A stretch of 64,000 nt of DNA, from contig CM120647.1 of NCBI GenBank assembly GCA_051362555.1, positions 2,914,001-2,978,000 on the forward strand, in the 5' to 3' direction. Shown here piece by piece: positions 18,001-28,810 of the stretch. The notes under the pieces are model-generated. The model did no database searches. It was not told the DNA's origin and saw only the letters and a program-made list of their open reading frames with translations. Each line of letters opens with the position of its first letter. Within the stretch, counting starts at the first letter, position 1. The stretch comes from Lingula anatina. Lineage: Eukaryota; Animalia; Brachiopoda. The position numbers and the translations under genes were made by a program.

Positions 18001-21000
18001 TAACAACCTAAGCATACACAGTGATCACGATATGTATAGACACAAAGAGTAGCAACATAAAAATACAAAGTGATCATAATATGGACAGACAAAAACAGTC
18101 ACAACATCAACACATACAGTGATCATAATATGTACAGACACAAACAGTTACAACATAAACAAATACAGTGATCACAATATGTACAGACACAAAGAGAAAG
18201 AACATATACAAAAACAGTGATCACAATATGTACAGACAGAAACAGTTACAACATAAACACATACAGTGATCACAATATGTAGAGACACAAACAGTAACAA
18301 CATAAGAATGCAAAGTGATCATAATATGTACAGACACAAACATTAACAACACAAACAAACACAGTGATCATAATATGTACAGACATTAGCATACACAGTG
18401 ATCACAATATGTACAGACACAAACATTAACAACATAAACAAATACAGTGATCACAATATGTACAAAGAGAACAGTAACAACATAAACACATACAGTGATC
18501 ACAATATGTACAGACACAAACATTAACAACATAAACACCTACAGTGATAATGATATGTACAGACACAAACAGTAACAACATAAACACATACAGTGATCAT
18601 AATATGTATAGACACAAATAGTTATTACATAAACTCATACAGTAATAACAATATGTACAGACACAAAGAGTAAGAACATATACAAAAACAGTTATCAAAA
18701 TATGTACAGACACAAACAGTTACAACATAAGCATACACAGTGATCACAATATGTACAGACACAAACAGTAACAACATAAACAAATGCAGTGATCACAATA
18801 TGTACAGACACAAAAAAAACATAAACACGTACAGTGATAACGATATTTACAGACACAAACAGTAATAATATAAACACATACAGTGATCATAATATGTACA
18901 GACACAAATAGTTATAACATAAACTCATACAGTAATAACAATATGTACAGACACAAAGAGTAAGAACATATACAAAAACAGTTATCAAAATATGTACAGA
19001 CCCAAACAGTAATAACATAAGAATACATAGTGATCATAATATGTACAGACACAAACAGTAACAACATAAACACAAACAGTGATCACATTATGCACAGACA
19101 CAAACAGTAACTACATAAACAAATATCCAGTGATCACGATATGTATTGATACAAAGAGTAGCAACATAAAAATAGAAAGTGATCATAATATGTACAGATA
19201 AAAACAGTAACAACATCAACTTGTACAGTGATCATAATATGTACAGACACAAACAGTTACAACATAAACAAATACAGTGATCACAATATGTACAGACATA
19301 AAAAAAAACATAAACACATACAGTGATAACGATATTTACAGACACAAACAGTAATAATATAAACACATACAGTGATCATAATATGTACAGACACAAATAG
19401 TTATAACATAAACTCATACAGTAATAACAATATGTACAGACACAAAGAGTAAGAACATATACAAAAACAGTGATCACAATATGTACAGACACAAACAGTT
19501 ACAACATAAACACATACAGTGATCACAATATGTAGAGACACAAACAGTAACAACATAAGAATGCAAAGTGATCATAATATGTACAGACACAAACATTTAC
19601 AACATAAACACATACAGTGATCACAATATGTACAGACATAAACAGTAACAACCTAAGCATACACAGTGATCACGATATGTATAGACACAAAGAGTAGCAA
19701 CATAAAAATACAAAGTGATCATAATATGGACAGACAAAAACAGTCACAACATCAACACATACAGTGATCATAATATGTACAGACACAAACAGTTACAACA
19801 TAAACAAATACAGTGATCACAATATGTACAGACACAAAGAGAAAGAACATATACAAAAACAGTGATCACAATATGTACAGACAGAAACAGTTACAACATA
19901 AACACATACAGTGATCACAATATGTAGAGACACAAACAGTAACAACATAAGAATGCAAAGTGATCATAATATGTACAGACACAAACATTAACAACACAAA
20001 CAAACACAGTGATCATAATATATACAGACATTAGCATACACAGTGATCACAATATGTACAGACACAAACATTAACAACATAAACACATACAGTGAATACA
20101 ATATGTACAGACACAGACAGTAATAACATAAACACCTACAGTGATAATGATATGTACAGACACAAACAGTAACAACATAAACACATACAGTGATCATAAT
20201 ATGTATAGACACAAATAGTTATAACATAAACTCATACAGTAATAACAATATGTACAGACACAAAGAGTAAGAACATATACAAAAACAGTTATCAAAATAT
20301 GTACAGACACAAACAGTTACAACATAAGCATACACAGTGATCACAATATGTACAGACACAAACAGTAACAACATTAACAAATACAGTGATCACAATATGT
20401 ACAGACACAAAAAAAACATAAACACGTACAGTGATAACGATATTTACAGACACAAACAGTAATAATATAAACACATACAGTGATCATAATATGTACAGAC
20501 ACAAATAGTTATAACATAAACTCATACAGTAATAACAATATGTACAGACACAAAGAGTAAGAACATATACAAAAACAGTTATCAAAATATGTACAGACAC
20601 AAACAGTAACAACATAAGCATACACAGTGATCACAATATGTACAGACACAAACAGTAACAACATAAACATACAAAGTGATCATGATAAATACAAGTATGT
20701 ACATTATTAACACAAACAGGTAAACCTGCACAGTGATTGCAAGATGTACAGACACAGACAGTAACAACATAAACACGTACAGTGATCACGATATGTAAAG
20801 ACACGAACATTTACAACATAAACATACACAGTGATTACAATATGTACAGACACAAACAGTAATAACATAAGAATACATAGTGATCATAATATGTACAGAC
20901 ACAAACAGTTACAACATAAACACATACAGTGAATACAATATGTACAGACACAGACAGTAATAACATAAACACCTACAGTGATAATGATATGTACAGACAC

Positions 21001-24000
21001 AAACAGTAACAACATAAACACATACAGTGATCATAATATGTATAGACACAAATAGTTATAACATAAACTCATACAGTAATAACAATATGTACAGACACAA
21101 AGAGTAAGAACATATACAAAAACAGTTATCAAAATATGTACAGACACAAACAGTAACAACATAAACAAATACAGTGATCACAATATGTACAGACACATTA
21201 AAAACATAAACACGTACAGTGATAACAATATTTACAGACACAAACAGTAATAATATAAACACATACAGTGATCATAATATGTACAGACACAAATAGTTAT
21301 AACATAAACTCATACAGTAATAACAATATGTACAGACACAAAGAGTAAGAACATATACAAAAACAGTTATCAAAATATGTACAGACACAAACAGTAACAA
21401 CATAAGCATACACAGTGATCACAATATGTACAGACACAAACAGTAACAACATAAACATACAAAGTGATCATGATAAATACAAGTATGTACATTATTAACA
21501 CAAACTGGTAAACCTGCACAGTGATTGCAAGATGTACAGACACAGACAGTAACAACATAAACACGTACAGTGATCACGATATGTAAAGACACGAACATTT
21601 ACAACATAAACATACACAGTGATTGCAATATGTACAGACACAAACAGTAATAACATAAGAATACATAGTGATCATAATATGTACAGACACAAACAGTTAC
21701 AACATAAACACTTACAGTGATCAAGGTATGTACAGACACAAACAGTAACAACATAAGTTGCAAAGTGACCATGATATGAACAGACACAAACAGTTACAAC
21801 ATAAGAATATAAAGTGATCACGATATGTACAGACACAAACAGTAACAACATAAACACAAACAGTGATCACAATACGTACAGACACAAAAAATAATAACGT
21901 AAACAAATACAGTGATCACAATATGTACAGACACAAACATTAACAACATAAACAAACACAGTGATCATAATATGTACAGACACAAACAGTAATAACATAA
22001 ACACATACAGTAATCACGATATGTACAGACACAAAGATCAGCAACATAAGCACATACAGTGATCATAATATGTACAGAAATGAACATTAACAACATAAAC
22101 ACATACAGTGATCATGATATGTAAAGACACGAACATTTACAACATAAACATACACAGTGATTGCAATATGTACAGACACAAACAGTAATAACATAAGAAT
22201 ACATAGTGATCATAATATGTACAGACACAAACACTAACAACATGAACACATACAGTAATCACAAAATGTACAAACACAAACATTAACAACATAAACAAAC
22301 ACAGTGATCATAATATGTACAGTCACTAACAGTAATAACATAAACATGTACAGTAAACAAGATATGTACAGACAAAAACAGTAACAACATAAACACACAT
22401 AGTGATTATAAAATGTACAGACACAAACAGTAACAACATAAACACATACAGTGATTACGATATTTACAGACAAAAACAGTAGCAACACAAACAAACACAG
22501 TGATCATAATATGTACAGACACAAACAGTAATAACATAAACATGTATAGTAATCACAATATGTACAGACACAAATATTAACAACATAAACAAACACAGTG
22601 ATCATAATATGTACAGACACAAACAGTTATAACATAAACATGTACAGTGATCACAATATGTACAAAGACAGACAGTAACAACATAAACAAATACAGTGAT
22701 CACAATATGTACAGACACAAACAGTAACAACATAAACACATACAGTGATAATGATATGTATAGATCCAAACAGTAATAACATAAACATATACAGTGATAA
22801 CAATATGTACAGACACAAACATTAACAACATAAACACACATAGTGATTATAAAATGTACAGACACAAACAGTAAGAGCATAAGCATACACAGTGATCATA
22901 ATATGTACAGACGCAAAAATCTAACAACTAACCACATACAGTGATCACGATATGTACAGACAAAAACAGTAACAACATAAACACACACAGTGATTATAAA
23001 ATGTACAGACACAAACAGTAACAACATAAACACTCACAGTGATTATAAAATGTACAGACACAAACAGTAAGAGCATAAGCATACACAGTGATCATAATAT
23101 GTACAGACGCAAAAATCTAACAACTAACCACATACAGTGATCACGATATGTACAGACAAAAACAGTAACAACATAAACACACACAGTGATTATAAAATGT
23201 ACAGACACAAACAGTAACAACATAAACACTCACAGTGATCATACTATGTACAAACAGTTACAACATAAGCAAACACAATGATCATAATATGTACAGACAC
23301 AAACAGTAACAACATAAACACATACAGTGATCACAATATATAGAGACATAAACATAAACAACATAAACAAACACAGTGATTATAATATGTACAGACACAA
23401 AAGGTAATAACATAAACAAAAACAGTGACACAAACAGTAATAACATAAACAAACACAAGGATTATAATATGTACAGACACAAAAGGTAATAACATAAACA
23501 CAAACAGTGAAAACAATATATACAGAACAAACATTAACAACATAAATAAACACAGTGATCATAATATGTACAGACACACACAGTTACAACATAAACACAT
23601 TCAGTGTTCCCAATATGTACAGACACAAACAGTAACAACATAAGAATACAAAGTGATCATAATATGTACAGACACAAACAGTAACAACATAAACACATAC
23701 AATGATCCCAATATGTACAGACACAAACAGTAACAACATAAACATACACAGTGAACGGAATCTGTACAGACACAAACAGTAACAACATAGACACACACAG
23801 TGATAACAATATGTACAGACACAAACATTAACAACATAATCAAATACAGTGATCATGATATGTACAGACACGAACAGTAACAACATAAACACATACAGTG
23901 ATCACAATATGTACAGACACAAAGAGTAACAACATAAACAAATACAGTGATCACAATATGTACAGACACAAACAGTAACAACATAAACAAATACAGTGAT

Positions 24001-26240
24001 CATGATATGTACAGACACAAACAGTAACAACATAAACAAATACAGTGATCACAATATGTACAGACACGAACAGTAACAACATAAACACATACAGTGATCA
24101 CAATATGTACAGACACGAACAGTAACAACATAAACAAATACAGTGATCAAGATATGTACAGACACAAACAGTAACAACATAAACAAATACAGTGATCATG
24201 ATATGTACAGACACGAACAGTAACAACATAAACAAATACAGTGATCACAATATGTGCAGACACGAACAGTAACGACATAAACACATACAGTGATCACAAT
24301 ATGTACAGACAAGAACAGTAACAACATAAACAAATACAGTGATCAAGATATGTACAGACACAAACAGTAACAACATAAACAAATACAGTGATCATGATAT
24401 GTACAGACACAAACAGTAACAACATAAACAAATACAGTGATCATTATATGTACAGACACAAACAGTAACAACATAAACACATACAGTGATCAAGATATGT
24501 ACAGACACAAACAGTAACAACATAAACACATACAGTGATCACAATATGTACAGACATGAACAGTAACAACATAAACACATACAGTGATCAAGATATGTAC
24601 AGACACAAACAGTAACAACATAAACATACGAAGTGATCATGATAAATACAAGTATGCACATTGATAACACAAACAGATACAGTACAAAAGAATACAAACA
24701 AATACAGTCACAAAACAGAGTTACATAGTGAACAGAATACATTAGAAACACAGAGATCAGAATATATTATAAAGGCACACACAGTGATAACACAGATTTA
24801 ACACGTCAATTAGAGTACATATAAACCCAAATTTTTATAGTCACAACAAATGCTGTACACAGCAGCAATGAGAATATATTGGGGTATGAAAATGTGTACA
24901 GTGACAACAAAGACTTAAACAATGATCACAATATATACAAAAAAACACATTAAGAATATGAACATACACAGTGATCAAAATAAATACAAACATGTACAGT
25001 AACAACATAAACAAATACAGTGATCATGATATGTACAGACACAAACAGTAACAACATAAACAAATACAGTGATAACAATATGTACAGACACGAACAGTAA
25101 CAACATAAACACATACAGTGATCACAATATGTACAGACACGAACAGTAACAACATAAACAAATACAGTGATCAAGATATGTACAGACACAAACAGTAACA
25201 ACATAAACAAATACAGTGATCATGATATGTACAGACACAAACAGTAACAACATAAACAAATACAGTGATCACAATATGTACAGACACGAACAGTAACAAC
25301 ATAAACACATACAGTGATCAAGATATGTACAGACACGAACAGTAACAACATAAACAAATACAGTGATCAAGATATGTACAGACACAAACAGTAACAACAT
25401 AAACAAATACAGTGATCATGATATGTACAGACACAAACAGTAACAACATAAACAAATACAGTGATCACAATATGTACAGACACGAACAGTAACAACATAA
25501 ACACATACAGTGATCACAATATGTACAGACACGAACAGTAACATCATAAACAAATACTGTGATCATGATATGTACAGACACAAACAGTAACAACATAAAC
25601 AAATACAGTGATCACAATATGTACAGACACGAACAGTAACAACATAAACACATACAGTGATCACAATATGTACAGACACGAACAGTAACAACATAAACAC
25701 ATACAGTGATCACAATATGTACAGACACGAACAGTAACAACATAAACAAATACAGTGATCAAGATATGTACAGACACAAACAGTAACAACATAAACAAAT
25801 ACAGTGATCATGATATGTACAGACACAAACAGTAACAACATAAACAAATACAGTGATCACAATATGTACAGACACGAACAGTAACAACATAAACACATAC
25901 AGTGATCACAATATGTACAGACACGAACAGTAGCAACATAAACAAATACAGTGATCAAGATATGTACAGACACAAACAGTAACAACATAAACAAATACAG
26001 TGATCATGATATGTACAGACACAAACAGTAACAACATAAACAAATACAGTGATCATTATATGTACAGACACGAACAGTAACAACATAAACACATACAGTG
26101 ATCAAGATATGTACAGACACAAACAGTAACAACATAAACACATACAGTGATCACAATATGTACAGACACGAACAGTAACAACATAAACACATACAGTGAT
26201 CAAGATATGTACAGACACAAACAGTAACAACATAAATATA
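1..26240. repeat. Satellite DNA array, 49-bp monomer (consensus CAGTGATCACAATATGTACAGACACAAACAGTAACAACATAAACACATA), roughly 530 copies, truncated by the left edge of the window
   Basis: Head-to-tail 49-bp units run continuously from base 1. The palindromes TGATCA and TGTACA recur in most units. The consensus has 25 A, 11 C, 8 T, 5 G and no CpG. Variant monomers recur in fixed order (higher-order repeats). Confidence 0.98.
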
Positions 26241-27550
26241 CGAAGTGATCATGATAAATACAAGTATGCACATTGATAACTCAAACAGGTACAGTACAAA
26301 AGAATACAAACAAATACAGTCACAAAACAGAGTTACATAGTGAACAGAATACATTAGAAACACACACAGTGACAATATATGCAAACACATATGGGGAAAC
26401 CATAGACAGTCTAGGTGGTCAGAATATAATATGAATCAATAGTGACAACAAAGAATGTACATAAAAAAACAAGAACAGACACATATGTTTACTGTAACAA
26501 TACAGTTTGTGTGATAACAATATATGCAAATATATATAATGACATCACAGACATACATATTGATCACATACAGTAATAACACAAACATACACAGTGATCA
26601 ATATAAATATTAAAATGTATAGTGATAACTCAAATGTGCACAGTAATCAAAATGAGCACAAATATATAATAGTGAAAACACAGACATACACATATACGAA
26701 CACATGCAGCGACAATATAGATATACACAGTGATTAGAATACATATGAACACATACAGTGAAAACACACATCACCACAGAGATCAGAATATATTATAAAG
26801 GCACACACAGTGTTAACACAGATTTAACATGTCAATTAGAGTACATATAAACCCAAATTTTAATAGTGACAACAAATGCTGTACACAGCAGCAATGAGAA
26901 TATATTGGGGTATGAAAATGTGTACAGTGACAACAAAGACTTAAACAATGATCACAATATATACAAAAAAACACATTAAGAATATGAACATACACAGTGA
27001 TCATATAAATACAAACATGTACAGTGACAACACAAACATGCACAGTATTCAAATGAATACAAAAATAATACAGTCACAATGCAAACATCCACAGTGATCA
27101 GAATATATACAAACATAGGTGGTAGGACTATAAAATTAAACAGACACATACACTGACAACACAGAATGTACACATCAGTCAGAAACATACACAGTGATCA
27201 GAATAAATACAAACATGTACAGTTACAAATGTATAGAAACAACAACACGAACAAATACAGTGATGGGAAAACATTATACAGACACAAAGAAATAACACAT
27301 ATTGAACACTTCAATCATAATATATATAAACACAAATAATATCAGTGACAACCAAAACTGTACACAGTGATCAGAATATATGCATATTTGTACAAGGACA
27401 ACTTAGTCAAAAACATTGATATATGCAGACACATACAGTAATAACATAAAAATACAGTGTAATAATAAATACTAACATGTACAATAATTAAAATGAGTAG
27501 AAAGATACAGTGACAACATAAACATGCGCAGTGATTAAAATGAATAGAAA
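26241..27550. repeat. Degenerate satellite flank (highly diverged monomers)
   Basis: ACAGTGAT/ACAGTGAC cores and the A/C skew persist, but unit length and sequence become irregular and fade into unique DNA near 27.55 kb. Confidence 0.85.
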
Positions 27551-28291
27551 ACAAGGCAGCAAAGCTGAAAAACAGAAAATAAATATGCAGAAAATAAGGC
27601 ATTTTGTCAATTTTGATGCAATAATAAATAATTATGGAATAACAGCACAGTCAATCAACAGGTAACATGGTCAATACAATTACAGTTTCAGGACCATGAG
27701 AGTTCAAATTCACATAACGAAAATCGTGTACTATATAGGTAACATGGACATAGAAAAGCTAGCATGTGATTCAGTTTCATGGACTGTAAAAGCCACATGT
27801 ACTTGATCAAAAACGGAACATTTCTCAACTGGGTTACAAATGTAAGTCTGATATTGTGATAAATTTGAAACACACGCCAACAATTGTTGTTCATTTTCAT
27901 TATTCTTTATTTCATGGATATTTTGTTTCAGTAGGTGATACAAACTAGTTATAAACTGTATGACTACTTAACGACTTAAGCTGTCCAATTGCAGTAATTG
28001 AGACTGACTAATTCCCGCAATTGTGTCCAGATAATACATGTAGATCATGAAGTGGTTGATAAGCCCATCTTCAGATTCCACCAACTGCATAGGTAATCAA
28101 CGAACCTCTTCTTTATAGTATACAAGTTTATCGCTCGTAAATAGGGCAATAAAGCAATAAAAGCGCCCTGAATTACACTGCAGCCCCTTCAACTTTATCA
28201 TCGTAAAACTTCATAACTTAGATAGCCTCGTGAGCAGTTAGTATGTGATAGACCTCTGTATTATAACCTGTACTATTAAGTGTGCACACAA

Positions 28292-28810
28292 ATGGAAGCT
28301 CAAACTACGCTTTTCTTTTTCGTCCTGGTCTCCATTTTCTGGTTTCACCAGGGCTGTCTCCGTGTGGGCTTTATTACAAATTGGCAAAGCATTCCGTATG
28401 TTGTCAGGGACTACGGCAGCAATTCACGCGTGACATTCCCAGATCAGTCAGAACGTATTCTTACTGCGACAGTCAACCAGACCAAGGAATCGCACGCTAC
28501 CCGCATAATTCGTACTGATTCACCTTTCAACACATCTGGACACTTACATGGAGACCATACGCTCGATTATTGGACGGAAAGTGAAAAAACCCCAAAGATT
28601 GGGAACAAAACATTTTTTGTTATTTGGAACGTCCCTTCTTTAAAGTGCGTACAATATGGAATAGACTTGAATCTATCACATTATAATATAACATCAAACA
28701 GCAATATGGAATGGAATGGAAATATTATAAATATATTCTATGAGGACGAACTTGGTTATTATCCAAAGATATTGGAAAACCGATCAAGAGTCCATGGCGG
28801 CTTACCGCAG
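28292..28810 (+). CDS. HYAL: GH56 hyaluronidase-like gene, coding exon 1 (MEAQTTLFFF...HGGLPQ)
   Basis: ATG at 28292, 173 codons, ends CAG|GTAGTA (phase 0) directly after the conserved GGLPQ motif. Confidence 0.92.

Noticed and set aside
1-26240. CRISPR-like array
   Set aside because: No unique spacers, no cas genes, and the context is a spliced eukaryotic locus.
118-27602. Dozens of minus-strand ORFs encoding hydrophobic, Val/Cys-rich peptides that look like membrane or metal-binding proteins
   Set aside because: They are translations of the TG-rich strand of the satellite. The 49-bp unit is not a multiple of 3, so the same three peptide blocks cycle through all frames, and stops depend on variants of the TGATCA site.
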